A stretch of 60,738 nucleotides of DNA from positions 1-60,738 of the forward strand of contig JAPDJY010000049.1 of NCBI GenBank assembly GCA_029258835.1, given 5' to 3'. Shown in pieces: positions 20,718 through 31,419 of the stretch. Both the position numbers and the translations under genes were made by a program. Positions within the stretch are counted from its first letter, which is position 1. Each line of letters begins with the position of its first letter. Source of the DNA: Thermoproteota archaeon. GTDB taxonomy: Archaea; Asgardarchaeota; Jordiarchaeia; Jordiarchaeales; Freyrarchaeaceae. The notes under the pieces are model-generated. The model ran no database searches and was not told the origin of the DNA. It worked only from the letters and a program-made list of their open reading frames with translations.

Positions 20718-21026
20718 ACCGTCGTTTGATGCCTTCATCAACCGTGAGTTCCTTTCCAACTTCTTCTTGCGGCTTCATCACCGTCCCCTAACTACCCTTT
20801 AGAAGCTGAGGGCGAACCCACCCTCCACCTTCCCGCACCCACCATCTACTTGATGTGCAGCGCAGACCCAATGAGGCCGTGAACACCGTGAAGCAAGACG
20901 TGGAAATGATGCTAGAATGCCCTCCCGCATCCTTAAACTTGGATTAGGAAACCACAATGCTTATCAAATCGGGATTCTCCTTATTAAGGGAATGTGGGCA
21001 TTCCTACGGGTAATCGGGGTGTGGGT

Positions 21027-21806
21027 ATGAGTGGTTTCGAGACTGTTATCTATGAGAAGGAGGGAGAGGTTGCCTGGGTGACCTTTAACAGGCCTGAGAA
21101 GCTTAACGCTTTAAACCTGAAAATGTGGACTGAGTCCAAGGAGGCCCTCGAACTAGCCGACTTGGACGAAGAAGTTCGTGCCGTGATCCTTACAGGATCA
21201 GGAAGAGCCTTCTGCGCAGGCGACGACATAGAACTCTTAAAGTCTATGGGAAGCGTCGAGGAGGCCTTAGAGGTTTTCGCCAGCAAGATTTCGCCCATGG
21301 TGGATAAGCTAACATCCATGAGTAAGCCTGTGATAGCCGCGGTGAACGGGATAGCTTACGGTGGAGGGTGCGAAATAGTCATGCTATGTGACATGGCTGT
21401 AGCGTCTAGCGAAGCATCCTTCGCCCTCCCCGAGGCGTGGCTGGGAGCCCTGCCACCGCTAGCGGTAGTTCTTGCACCGTTCATCGTAGCTAGGAAAAAA
21501 GCGGTGGAAATGGTGTTAACCGGGGCTCCAATCAGCGCTGAGGAAGCGGAGAAGATGGGCTTAGTGAACTGTGTAGTTCCACCGGACAAGCTGAAGGATG
21601 CCGCCGTCGAACTCGCCAGGAAAACAATGATGTGTGCTCCAACATCCATGAGACTAATGAAACGCCTCCTCAACCTTCAAATTAAATCCTTCCAAAAGGA
21701 TGTTGAAATCGCGTTAAGAGACATCATAATGACGACGCAAACGGGCGAACTCAAAGAGGGAACAAGTGCATTCTTCGAAAAGAGGAAAGCCAGATGGATG
21801 CCATAG
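21027..21806 (+). CDS. Enoyl-CoA hydratase/isomerase
   Basis: NRPEKLNAL, AFCAGDD, AAVNGIAYGGGCE, LPE; both catalytic Glu present. Confidence 0.92.
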   Translation: MSGFETVIYEKEGEVAWVTFNRPEKLNALNLKMWTESKEALELADLDEEVRAVILTGSGRAFCAGDDIELLKSMGSVEEALEVFASKISPMVDKLTSMSKPVIAAVNGIAYGGGCEIVMLCDMAVASSEASFALPEAWLGALPPLAVVLAPFIVARKKAVEMVLTGAPISAEEAEKMGLVNCVVPPDKLKDAAVELARKTMMCAPTSMRLMKRLLNLQIKSFQKDVEIALRDIIMTTQTGELKEGTSAFFEKRKARWMP

Positions 21807-21942
21807 ACGAGTCCACCACGCAAACCCCCCGCTAATAACCCTGAAGGATTCAGCAGCATAAGTGGACGATCAGACAGTTAACTTCTCCCTTGGAAGGATA
21901 GAAAAAATAGAAATAGAAAGCTTGGGAGCTCTAGCCCTCCCG

Positions 21943-23361
21943 TTAACTATATCTTTTCTGTACCCTGAGTATTTTCCACCCTGCTATTCCCGCCTGCTGA
22001 ACCTCCTCGGGAGTTAGAAGTTCAACCTCGCCTGCTGGCACACCCAGCTTCTCCTCTATCTTCGCCTTCACCTTCTCCTTTAACGCTTCCGGATCCTTAA
22101 CCTTGTCATGCATGTAACCTGTCCTCACAGGTAAGTTGTCCTGAGTTTTCGGGTGGGTTTTAACTATCTGGCATGCCATCGCCCCGCTTGCCCCTATCTC
22201 AGGTATCTCGTAAAGTACTTCTTCAACCATCTGTGGAAGTATGATCTTACCCTTAACGTTAACCCTGTCTGACTCCCTACCCAGAATCGTTATCGACAGG
22301 TGTGTCGTACCGCACACGCACTGCTCATAGTCTATCTTAGTGAAGTCCTCCATCCTCCACCTAACGTGGGGGACAGCCACGTTGTGGAGCGGAGTTATAA
22401 CCCAGTCGCCAACCTCCTCTGGCGGTATCGGCTCGTTGGTCTCCATGTCAACGTGCTCTATCAAGTGTATGTCCTCCCACACGTGTGTTATGGCTCCTTC
22501 ACCGTCGAGGCATCCTATTAGCGGAACCATCGTGTCGCCGAGAACCGACATGTTCAGGATAGCTTTAAACTTGAACTCGTTCTTCAGCATGTCCCTTGTA
22601 GGCGTTGTGAGGGCTGCCCCAGCCCATCCGCCTATCATGTTGTCGAAGCCAAGGTCGTCGACGGGGTCCAACCCCTTAGACTTCATGTAGCCGAGGAAGC
22701 TCCACGCCAGAAAAGCCGGGAAGTATATCGCCTTAATCTCACCTTTAAAGTCCTCTAAGTACTGTATCATCTTGTCCATGAACATTGGTAGAGGAAACAC
22801 ATCGTTCCACAAAAGGGTTATGCCTATCTCTTGCAGGTCATCTGTTGACCTCATTACTTCGAACCCGCCGTGGAATCTTCCAGCGTTAGCTAGGAACATG
22901 TCGCCAGGACGTAGCTGATACATTGACCATACAGTCCTCATAGTAATCTCACGTATCCACCTCCAATCGTCCTTGGCAAACCCCCAATACGTCGACCTGC
23001 CGGTTGTCCCCGTGCTAACGTAAACATCTCTCAGCCTTTCAAAGGGCGTAGCGAGGACGCCGTAGAATGGGTCACCGGTCCTCTCACGGTACTCCCTCAA
23101 GTCATCCTTTAAGGTTAGAGGAACCTTCCTCTCCCAGTCGCTCCAAGTCTTAATGTCGTCTGGGCTAACCTCGGCTTCCTTAAGCTTTTCATGGTAAAGC
23201 TTCGTGTTCTCGTACGCATATCTAAGCTGCCTCACTGCAAGTTTAAACTGTAACTCTCTCAACTCCCCCCTGTCAATGGTTTCCATCTTCCTATTCCAAA
23301 ACTTCTCCTCCCTCACAGGAAGGGTAGAGGCATCTTTAAATATGTCCTCCTCAGTCGCCAA
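21943..23361 (-). CDS. Phenylacetate-CoA ligase (PaaK)-like adenylate-forming enzyme
   Basis: STGTTGR, HVWEDIHLIE, VRWRMED, CVCG, GRESDRVNVKG. Confidence 0.8.
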   Translation of the reverse strand: MATEEDIFKDASTLPVREEKFWNRKMETIDRGELRELQFKLAVRQLRYAYENTKLYHEKLKEAEVSPDDIKTWSDWERKVPLTLKDDLREYRERTGDPFYGVLATPFERLRDVYVSTGTTGRSTYWGFAKDDWRWIREITMRTVWSMYQLRPGDMFLANAGRFHGGFEVMRSTDDLQEIGITLLWNDVFPLPMFMDKMIQYLEDFKGEIKAIYFPAFLAWSFLGYMKSKGLDPVDDLGFDNMIGGWAGAALTTPTRDMLKNEFKFKAILNMSVLGDTMVPLIGCLDGEGAITHVWEDIHLIEHVDMETNEPIPPEEVGDWVITPLHNVAVPHVRWRMEDFTKIDYEQCVCGTTHLSITILGRESDRVNVKGKIILPQMVEEVLYEIPEIGASGAMACQIVKTHPKTQDNLPVRTGYMHDKVKDPEALKEKVKAKIEEKLGVPAGEVELLTPEEVQQAGIAGWKILRVQKRYS

Positions 23362-24255
23362 CCAATCCCTCCCTCACATGTCTGGAACTAATATATAAAG
23401 AATATAAAAAAAATAAATTTTATCCTTTAAGGGTTCTGTTTACCTTATCTGGTATAACGTTTCTAGCATAAGAGAAGTTTGCAGAGCAAAAATTTGGGTG
23501 AGCGCCGGAAGGCACAAACCTTCAATGCTGTGTTATACGCTGGTGCCGAGCATATATTTGATTAATGAGCATTCTTTTTTTAACTTCTATAACACCTCTT
23601 TAATGTCATCGATAAATTCCTTGAGTCTGCCATCTTCAGATAAATCAAACACTCTTAACCCGGTTCTCTGACTACTGATTAAAGATACAAGTGATACGCT
23701 TAAATTCATACAAAGGCTACTTTAAACCACGTTTTTTATTAACAACCTGTTAATTCTCTCCCTTTCTTATTCTCTTTCTTATTCCTTTGATATAGTAAGT
23801 TGATGCAGTTAAGTTCTCTTGTAAAAATGCTTGTTGGTTATTGTTCCTGTCCCAACCGCCAAGCGGACGAACTTTCACACGAACTTTTCACGTCTGCAAA
23901 AGTGTCGCTGAGGAATCCTTTTTCTTAACGGGGTGGGCGGTGCTTATCGATAATTTAACCACTCCATCAGATGGCGTCATAGGCGTGTTAAACGTAGACG
24001 TAGCCCGCCTCTATGGAGAAGAGCTTTGGCTGGTGCTGGCCCGCCTCTTGTTTCCAAGGGTGAACCCCCATCTGATGGTAGGCTCAACGTGGACGAGCGT
24101 GAACTCCTCGGAAGCAAGAACCCAGCTGTTCCGTCGTGGAGAGCGTCAAGGTCAGCTTTCCTCATCCTGCCTCTCCTTATCTCCCTTTAAGGCGTTTTTA
24201 AACCGCAAAAGATTAAAAAGGTCAGTCTTCTAAATATTTTTCTCCGGTGATTTTT

Positions 24256-25041
24256 ATGTCTGCTGTTGAGCCGCAGCTGGATAAGTGGAGTGACATTAAA
24301 CCTTGGTACTATAAGAAGCTTGCCGACACCGTAATTCAAAACCTAAGAAAGAACAACATGGATGGTATTTTCATTCCGACCGCAGCGGAGGCCCGTAAAA
24401 GAATATTTGAAATGATTGAGAGGGAGGTTCCTGAGGGAGGGGTAATCTCGTGGGGTGGCTCTGTCACCCTAATCAACCTGGGAATCCTCTTTGACATTCA
24501 GAAGAGCGGTAAGTGGAAGTGTATAAACCCGTTTAGGGGGATAGTTACACCCGACGAAATACACGTTGCAAGGCACTGGATGTTTAGAGAGGGGGTTCTT
24601 GACAGGACGATTAAACTGTGGCGTGAGGGGCTGCACGCCGACCTCTACCTTACAAGCACGAACGCCATAACGCTTAAGGGTGCCCTCGTCAACGCTGACG
24701 GGTACGGAAACAGGGTGGCCGCCATGTCGTTCGGGCCGAAGAAGGTCTACGTAATAGCGGGGTGCAACAAGATAGTTAGGGACATACCTGAAGCGATAAT
24801 GCGAGTAAGAAACTACGTGGCACCACAGCTGGTTAGGATGATGGGTGGGGAGCCTAAGACAAAGGAGGAGGAAAAATACTATCCGCCATGCGGAAGGCTT
24901 GGAAGGTGTGCAGGAGACCCGCGTGAGTTCAGGAACTGTGGACACATGAACAGGGCATGCGGGATAATATCGATCATAGAGCAACCCCACATAGCAGGCC
25001 GCATATTCGTAATCCTCATAGGAGAAGACTTGGGATTCTAG
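24256..25041 (+). CDS. LUD (lactate utilization/YkgG) domain protein
   Basis: WGGSVTL, YLTSTNAIT, LVNADGYGNRVAAM.FGP, GCNKIV, Cys cluster, EDLGF end. Confidence 0.85.
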   Translation: MSAVEPQLDKWSDIKPWYYKKLADTVIQNLRKNNMDGIFIPTAAEARKRIFEMIEREVPEGGVISWGGSVTLINLGILFDIQKSGKWKCINPFRGIVTPDEIHVARHWMFREGVLDRTIKLWREGLHADLYLTSTNAITLKGALVNADGYGNRVAAMSFGPKKVYVIAGCNKIVRDIPEAIMRVRNYVAPQLVRMMGGEPKTKEEEKYYPPCGRLGRCAGDPREFRNCGHMNRACGIISIIEQPHIAGRIFVILIGEDLGF

Positions 25042-25212
25042 CCTCCACCTCGATGGAAGGGATTCACGCATCCGGCACCCTTCTTATTATCCATAGGTGC
25101 CATTGAACGCTAACTCCCCACTCCCTTCTCCTCTTTTTCCCTCGCAAGTTAACACTTAAAAGCCCGTCCATCCATTTTCTTTTATTAGCTTTCTGTTCAG
25201 GGAGGGAGAGGT

Positions 25213-26769
25213 ATGGAAAAGTATCCGTGGTGGACTGAAGGACAGAAGAGGCTGGCTGACGAGGTTGAGGACTTCGCGGACGAGGTGCTTCCAAGGGTCG
25301 CCGAAGCCGTCTACTTGAAAGAACACCCTCGAGACATCCTCCGGAAGATCGCTGAGAAGGGATGGTTCGGCGTGCTGGTTCCAGAGGAGTACGGGGGAAT
25401 GGGGAAGAATGGAGGGGTCACGGGTTGCTGCATAATATCTGAAGGGCTTTGCAAGGCAGGATTCATAGGAGGACTATTCTTTTCGACGATGTTTGGCGGC
25501 GTCAACCAGCTGGTTAACTTTGGAACCGACGAGCAGAAGGAGCGGTGGCTGCCAAGGGTTGCCAAGGGAGAGCTTTTAGGGGCGATAGCGCTCACTGAGC
25601 CGTTCGTGGGGTCTGATGCGGGAGGCGTAATGACGCGTGCCAGGCGGGAGGGCGACGAGTACGTTATCAACGGGAAAAAGCGGTTCGTTAGTAACACCGG
25701 AGTAGCCGACGTCTACCTCGTGTACGCTAGGACGAGCGACGACCCCGCCGACGTGCAGAGCAGAAGGCACATGACAGCATTCATAGTCGAGAAGGGAACT
25801 CCAGGGTTCTCGGTGGAGAAAGTCAACGAGCTGGCAGTCTTCGACGGGGTAAGGAACGGCGTGCTGGACTTCAACGATGTTAGGGTTCCAGCCGAGAACG
25901 TGGTTGGAGGAGAGGGAAACGGGTGGAACGTTATGATAAACGGCCTCAACTTTGAAAGGCTTATGATAGCTGTAGGCGTTGTAGCTGGGATGAGGGAAGC
26001 CATAAGGTACTCCCTCTTCTTCACGGAGAGGAGGGTTCAGTTCGGGCTTAGGACGATCGACTTCGAAAGCAACCAGTATAAGATAGCGGACATGATCATA
26101 CGCTACCAGACAGCCCGCCTCATGACGTACTACACGGCGTACCTCATGGATCAGGGACTTGACCCATCCATAGAGTCGAACGTCGCCAAGATCTACGCCA
26201 CCGAGGCGTGCAGGGAGGCTGCAATAGACGCCCTTCAAGTTGCGGGAGGAGACGCGTTCACCAAGTTCTACCCTATCGAAATGGTCTATAGGGACGCTAA
26301 GATAAGCGAGGTTGGAGCAGGCACAAACGAGGTTCTCAGAAGGCTTATCACCGGCCTGGCAAGGCGGAGGATGGCTGAAGAGTTTAAACCTCCAAAGAGA
26401 AGAATCCATCCAACTCTAAGAATACCGATCCCATACTTTAAGAACCCGCCGGAGATAATTCCAAAGCCCGTCCAGAAGGATCTTGAAAGCAGGGAGGGCG
26501 CTGTCTTGGAGGTTCTTGCGGTGGACTATTTCGTGAACCCTGGGCTTCACATGAAGCTCGAGGAGCTCGGGGAGGAAACAGGGCTACCAGACGACGAGCT
26601 AATAGAAGCCATAACATCCCTAGAAAGGAAAAACCTGGTTCACGTTTGGAGGGACTGGCGGGGCAGGGCCAGGCTGGTGAAAGCAACCTACGAAGGGCTG
26701 AGGAAGGCGAAGCCACCCGAATTCTACAAGTGGTTCCCCCCATGGAGCAAAGAAGACGAAATATTCTAA
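25213..26769 (+). CDS. Acyl-CoA dehydrogenase with a C-terminal winged-helix extension
   Basis: ALTEPFVGSDA, NGKKRFVSN, RVQFG, YRDAKISEVGAGTNEV; extra ~130 aa with a wHTH pattern. Confidence 0.9.
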   Translation: MEKYPWWTEGQKRLADEVEDFADEVLPRVAEAVYLKEHPRDILRKIAEKGWFGVLVPEEYGGMGKNGGVTGCCIISEGLCKAGFIGGLFFSTMFGGVNQLVNFGTDEQKERWLPRVAKGELLGAIALTEPFVGSDAGGVMTRARREGDEYVINGKKRFVSNTGVADVYLVYARTSDDPADVQSRRHMTAFIVEKGTPGFSVEKVNELAVFDGVRNGVLDFNDVRVPAENVVGGEGNGWNVMINGLNFERLMIAVGVVAGMREAIRYSLFFTERRVQFGLRTIDFESNQYKIADMIIRYQTARLMTYYTAYLMDQGLDPSIESNVAKIYATEACREAAIDALQVAGGDAFTKFYPIEMVYRDAKISEVGAGTNEVLRRLITGLARRRMAEEFKPPKRRIHPTLRIPIPYFKNPPEIIPKPVQKDLESREGAVLEVLAVDYFVNPGLHMKLEELGEETGLPDDELIEAITSLERKNLVHVWRDWRGRARLVKATYEGLRKAKPPEFYKWFPPWSKEDEIF

Positions 26770-27198
26770 AAAGCACCATCCCACACCTTTTTCCATTCCT
26801 CCTTTCAAGGATCCCTCAGGAGATGCCCTTAAGCAGCTATGACACTAAAGTGTTAACTTCAACATGGAGTACGTACATTTCTCTCAGCGGAAGCCCCTCA
26901 AGGCCCCCCGAAATGCAGGTTTGCTGGAAAGCACAGCCTACCAGTGAGGGACCGGCTCTAGGTGGATAGAGCGTAAGCGGTAACAGTTTTCCTAAGGAAA
27001 GCTTATCTGAACCCAAGGCAAAATAGCAGGAAGCATGCTTGAAGCTTGTAGGCGGAAAGCCATGCTAAACCACATCCACTTGGTTGGGAGGAAAGGGAAG
27101 TGAGCGAAGGCAGGGCTATGAAACATTGATCCGCCTCCCAAGTTCACAGCTTCCCGTCCGGAACACCTCGAACTGCTTCCACCGTGTATTCTACCTTG

Positions 27199-28434
27199 CT
27201 ATTTAAGGACGTCCTTCTTCTCAAGCAGCATATCAAGGTTCCTTCTGACGACTTCTATGAACTCTTCAGTTGTCGCGACGGAGTTTACTGGTGTCTCAGC
27301 CACTCTAGCCACGTCCTGAGTCATTACCTTGTCGCCTTCTATGGTCTTCCTGACAGCCTCCTCCAAGGCCTCCGAGAATGCTACCAGCTCTCCTATCCCA
27401 TCCCTCTTCCCTCTCTCCCTAAGACCCCTCGCCCAAGTGAATATTATCGCTGTCGGGTTGGTCGACGTCTTCTCCCCCTTCAAGTACCTGTAATAATGCC
27501 TTTGCACGGTTCCGTGGGCGGCTTCCGCCATGTAATACTCCTCCGGCGAGAACAGCTCCGAGGTCATCAAAGCTAGGGTTCCAGTGAAAGCCGAGGCGAC
27601 CATGTCCGATACAATGTCCCCGTCATAGTTCTTCGTGGCCCAAACGAACCCTCCCTCGGACCTCATCGCCCTAGAATAAGCGTCATCCACAAGGTAATAC
27701 TCATACCTGAGGTTTTCCCTCTTAAATTCCTCCTCAAACTCTTCCTCGTATACCCTGCTAAATATTTCTTTAAACTTAGCATCGTACACCTTGGATATGG
27801 TGTCCTTCGCGGCAAACCACAGGTCTAACCTGCTCATCAGCGCGTACTTGAAAGACGCCCTCGCGAAGCTCTCTATGGACCTGTCAAGGTTATGGTATGC
27901 CTGAAGTACTCCCGGGCCTTGGAGGGCGGGAAGCTTCACCTTAACCTCCCTGCCCGAAGCAGACCTGTACACGACCTCGGCTTCCCCAGGCTCCTCGAAC
28001 CTTAACCCGACGCCGGAATACACGTCCCCGTAGGCGTGCCTCGCAACCACTATGGGCTTCCTCCAGAACCTTACTGCCGGCACGACGTTCCTGAGAAGTA
28101 TTGGCGCCCTAAACAGGGTTCCGTCAAGAATCTCCCTTATAGTAGCGTTAGGGCTCCTCCACTCTCTCTTAAGGCCATACTCCTTAACTCTCTCAGCGTT
28201 AGGCGTTATTGTGGCGCATTTAACGCCGACACCCCACCTTCTTATAGCCTCTGCAGCCTGTACTGTGACCGCATCATCGGTTTCGTCCCTGCGCTTCACG
28301 TGAAGGTCGTAATATTCCGCTTTAACCTCCACGTACGGATATATGAGCCTCTCCTTAACCCACGCCCACATAACCCTAGCCATCTCGTCTCCATCCAGCT
28401 CAACTATTGGTTTATCCATCTGAATCTTCTTCAC
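27199..28434 (-). CDS. icd: NADP-dependent isocitrate dehydrogenase, type II (IDH1/2-like)
   Basis: VELDGDEMAR, KCATITP, SPNATIR, RHAYGD.Y, KNYDGD, EAAHGTVQRHY. Confidence 0.95.
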   Translation of the reverse strand: MKKIQMDKPIVELDGDEMARVMWAWVKERLIYPYVEVKAEYYDLHVKRRDETDDAVTVQAAEAIRRWGVGVKCATITPNAERVKEYGLKREWRSPNATIREILDGTLFRAPILLRNVVPAVRFWRKPIVVARHAYGDVYSGVGLRFEEPGEAEVVYRSASGREVKVKLPALQGPGVLQAYHNLDRSIESFARASFKYALMSRLDLWFAAKDTISKVYDAKFKEIFSRVYEEEFEEEFKRENLRYEYYLVDDAYSRAMRSEGGFVWATKNYDGDIVSDMVASAFTGTLALMTSELFSPEEYYMAEAAHGTVQRHYYRYLKGEKTSTNPTAIIFTWARGLRERGKRDGIGELVAFSEALEEAVRKTIEGDKVMTQDVARVAETPVNSVATTEEFIEVVRRNLDMLLEKKDVLK

Positions 28435-29259
28435 GGAGAATCCCCCGACTCAACTATTCTAAGCGATTCTAAGCGCGGAAACGCGAAGTGCTCCAGGCCA
28501 TCTAAACGTAAACCTGCCGAAAATCCAGTACCCCCAGCAATCAAGCAAACGAAACAATATTAATTTAACTCCACCATCACGCAACCATCGTACGTTGCTT
28601 CCGCCTACATCGCCTTCTATAACGCTTCTGCAATATCACCTTCACCTCTCAAAGCCGCCACATCAAGATCAATTTCAAGATCAATTTCGCTGTCTCTCCC
28701 GGTCAACAATACCCAACTCTAATCCTCTAGTTCTCTAAACTTTTCATGCCGAACAATATTTTTTCAAGTATTCGACCCGCCTTCCAAGTCGATTTTGCCA
28801 AATGATGAAACTCTTATGTAAGTAGCCGCAGCTACTTAGCAGTTTCCCCTTCAAGCAACACTTCCACCTATTGTAGAGCCTTAAACTCTCCACCAACCCC
28901 TACAACTTTAATCTCACCCTGCATAATCCCCCTCGTAACCCTGCTTACTCAAGCCTTTCTGCTACCTTCCAGTTTCTGTGTAGCTTCATCATCGAAAAAG
29001 CGTAACAAGAAATACAACACTTACGTGCTCCCCCGAAAATCTCCTGCTTCACGGCAGAAACAGCATAAGTTATTTTAATTTTAAATCTTATAGTTTCTTC
29101 AACAGTTTTATCGTGTAAGGCTGGGGGTAGAAGCCGGCGAAAACCTGTTCACACATCATTTAGTGGGGGAACACATGGTTCTGGAACTATGCGGTCAGGA
29201 ATCTGCCGTAGCAGTCGACACCTCGATGGATGCGTCATGAGGGCGTGGGATGGTTAGAA

Positions 29260-29754
29260 ATGGCGTGGATGGAGCTCCCGGAATGGAGCCTAGTGAGAAG
29301 GTACGTCACTCTCCTGAGGGAAAAGTTTGGAGGCAACCTTTCAGCAGTAGCCGTATTCGGCTCTCTTGCGAGGGGTGAGGCCAAGTTCCCGGAGAGTGAC
29401 GTAGACGTCCTGATAGTGCTGCGAAACGTCAATGGAACAATTTCCAGCAGGCTCAACCTTCTCCACGGGGCCAGGGAGGAACTCAAGGAGACGAGGGAAT
29501 ACTCCGACTTCACCGCTAAATACGGGTGGGCCCCTGTGATCCAAGAACACGTGTTAAGCGTGGAGGAACTTAAAGCACACCCGCCACTCCTACTAGACAT
29601 GACCCAGCACGTATCAATATTATATGATGACGGAGTGCTTCAGGCCGAGCTGGAGAAGCTGAGGAAAAGACTAGAGGAGCTTGGGGGGAAAAAGATAGGC
29701 GGATTCTGGGTTCTCAAGCCAGACATTAAGGCTGGTGAGGTGGTAAAGCTCTGA
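29260..29754 (+). CDS. Minimal nucleotidyltransferase (MNT) antitoxin
   Basis: VFGSLARGEA..ESDVDVLIV. Confidence 0.9.
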   Translation: MAWMELPEWSLVRRYVTLLREKFGGNLSAVAVFGSLARGEAKFPESDVDVLIVLRNVNGTISSRLNLLHGAREELKETREYSDFTAKYGWAPVIQEHVLSVEELKAHPPLLLDMTQHVSILYDDGVLQAELEKLRKRLEELGGKKIGGFWVLKPDIKAGEVVKL

Positions 29755-30179
29755 ACACGGAATCCATGGCTAAAGATTACATAAAAAGGGCTGAAAGATG
29801 CCTTCTGGAGTCCGAGAGCGCCTTCTCAGACGGAGACTACCCCATGGCCGTGAGGCGTGCCCAAGAATGCGTTGAGTTAAGCTTGAAAGCCGCCTTAAGA
29901 GCCTTCGCAATAGAATACCCTAAACGGCATGATGTGGGTGACGCCCTCAACCTTCTAAAGGGTAAAGCCCCAGCATGGTTCTCCTCCAGAATCCCCCACC
30001 TCTCCGCGGTGTCATCGGACTTGGCAAGAAAGAGGGGGCCAGCCATGTACGGCTACGAGTCGGAGCTCAAACCGGCATCTGAGCTATTCAGCAGCAAAGA
30101 CGCTGAAGACGCTCTTACTGCGGCGAGGGAAACGCTTACCCTCTGTAGACGCCTTATAAACGAGTTATTCGCTAGGTGA
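29751..30179 (+). CDS. HEPN domain protein
   Basis: RRAQECVELSLKA, PKRHDV, RGPAMYG; probable CTG start overlapping the MNT TGA, with an in-frame ATG at 29766. Confidence 0.88.
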   Translation: MNTESMAKDYIKRAERCLLESESAFSDGDYPMAVRRAQECVELSLKAALRAFAIEYPKRHDVGDALNLLKGKAPAWFSSRIPHLSAVSSDLARKRGPAMYGYESELKPASELFSSKDAEDALTAARETLTLCRRLINELFAR

Positions 30180-30363
30180 CGCTTGTCCGGGAAATAGGTT
30201 CACGAGGCAAGAAGGCTAAGGCGAAAAAAATAGTACACTACGCTTCCCCCACTAGTTAAGCTCCTAAAGGTGGAGGAAGCATACCACCTTGCCAATTACA
30301 AAAAAAGGAACAGGACGGGGAAGGGAAAAGGTGGAAGATGCTTTCTAAGTTCAAGTTCATATT

Positions 30364-31419
30364 TTAGATCGGTAGTCCTAGTAGCGAGAATATACCCATC
30401 AGTTTAAGACCCACGTAGATGTAGACTATCGCTAGGAGTATGGCGAGCCTTCTCGGTGATACCTTGTGAGCTGCCCATGCGCCAGCTCTCGACAAGGGTA
30501 TGCTGGTGACCGCTAAGGCGGCGAAGGCCAGCAGGTTCACGAAGCCGATGGAGAATGGAGGAGCAATCTTCACCGGGTTTAACTGGTTGACTATTGGGAC
30601 CACGCCTAGAACCGAGCCTATTTTTAGTACGTGATGTAGTATCGGGTTGGTGGATGTGAGGAGGACGTCCAGCCAATAGAGTGTAGAGATCCCCGGTATC
30701 ACGCTGTTCAGCATGGATAAAGTCCACTGAAGACTTAGTCTCGGTATCAGGACGCCGAGGGGGTCCGGAAGGTACGCCACCGTCCATGGCAAGGTTGACC
30801 CCAGTATTGCGAAGATCGTGGCTCCAACCCCTGAGCCGAAGATCATGGTTGCTAGCGACATTGCTACAGCTCCATGTATCGGCATGTCTAGAAGTATGTT
30901 GAGAATTATGAGGTATACCAGCCCACCTCCTATCCCTAGGAACTGCGCTGTTCCTCCGCCAGCAGCACCCCCTATCAATGCTTTCAGGGTGCTGTGCTCC
31001 CTAGGCATCTCCTCTATGGGCTTCGGCTTACCCGTCATGAACCTGTAAGCCCCTATGATGCAGAAAAGGCCGAAAAGGAACTTCAACAGTTCTCCGGGAG
31101 CCAGGAAGGCGCAGACACTACCTATAGCGCTACCGACCGTCGCACCGGCTATCAAGTCCTTCCACTCGCCCACGTGTATGAATTCTCCCTTCTCCTTCTT
31201 ATGGCTCCACAAACCCATTATCGCGGTGGGAACAACCACGGCCATGTTGGTTCCGAAAGCCAGCTTGATGGCTAGGTCCGATGGAACACCCAGACTTACA
31301 AATATGTAGTACATTACCGGTATCATCAGGAAGCAACCGCCGACGCCGAAGAACCCGTTAGCGAATCCCACAGCCAAACCAGCAATCACTAGCAGGATGA
31401 CAGCTATTAGAAGGTCCAT
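30364..31419 (-). CDS. TauE/SafE (TSUP) family membrane transporter
   Basis: GFFGVGGCFLMIP and FLGIGGGLV repeats, A.GT, multiple TM segments. Confidence 0.88.
   Translation of the reverse strand: MDLLIAVILLVIAGLAVGFANGFFGVGGCFLMIPVMYYIFVSLGVPSDLAIKLAFGTNMAVVVPTAIMGLWSHKKEKGEFIHVGEWKDLIAGATVGSAIGSVCAFLAPGELLKFLFGLFCIIGAYRFMTGKPKPIEEMPREHSTLKALIGGAAGGGTAQFLGIGGGLVYLIILNILLDMPIHGAVAMSLATMIFGSGVGATIFAILGSTLPWTVAYLPDPLGVLIPRLSLQWTLSMLNSVIPGISTLYWLDVLLTSTNPILHHVLKIGSVLGVVPIVNQLNPVKIAPPFSIGFVNLLAFAALAVTSIPLSRAGAWAAHKVSPRRLAILLAIVYIYVGLKLMGIFSLLGLPI

Noticed and set aside
20770-20850. Further omegaRNA-like remnant on the minus strand
   Set aside because: Only vague motif resemblance, with no end hairpin, TnpB codons or clear stems
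23990-24170. RNase P RNA (minus-strand gaggaaag...gaggcgggcta)
   Set aside because: The two putative P4 strands do not pair and other conserved regions are missing
28437-28452. agaatc(c/t)cccgactc also at ~34153 and ~34564 as extra IS ends
   Set aside because: Only the 34564 copy has the hairpin and TCAA; the 28437 copy is the reverse complement of the icd RBS region
24469-28563. Long antisense ORFs such as 24469-25071, 25576-26409 and 28036-28563
   Set aside because: Shadow frames of well-supported genes on the opposite strand
28600-29000. Decayed coding sequence upstream of icd with a tcaagatcaatt tandem duplication
   Set aside because: Multiple stops and no recognisable family
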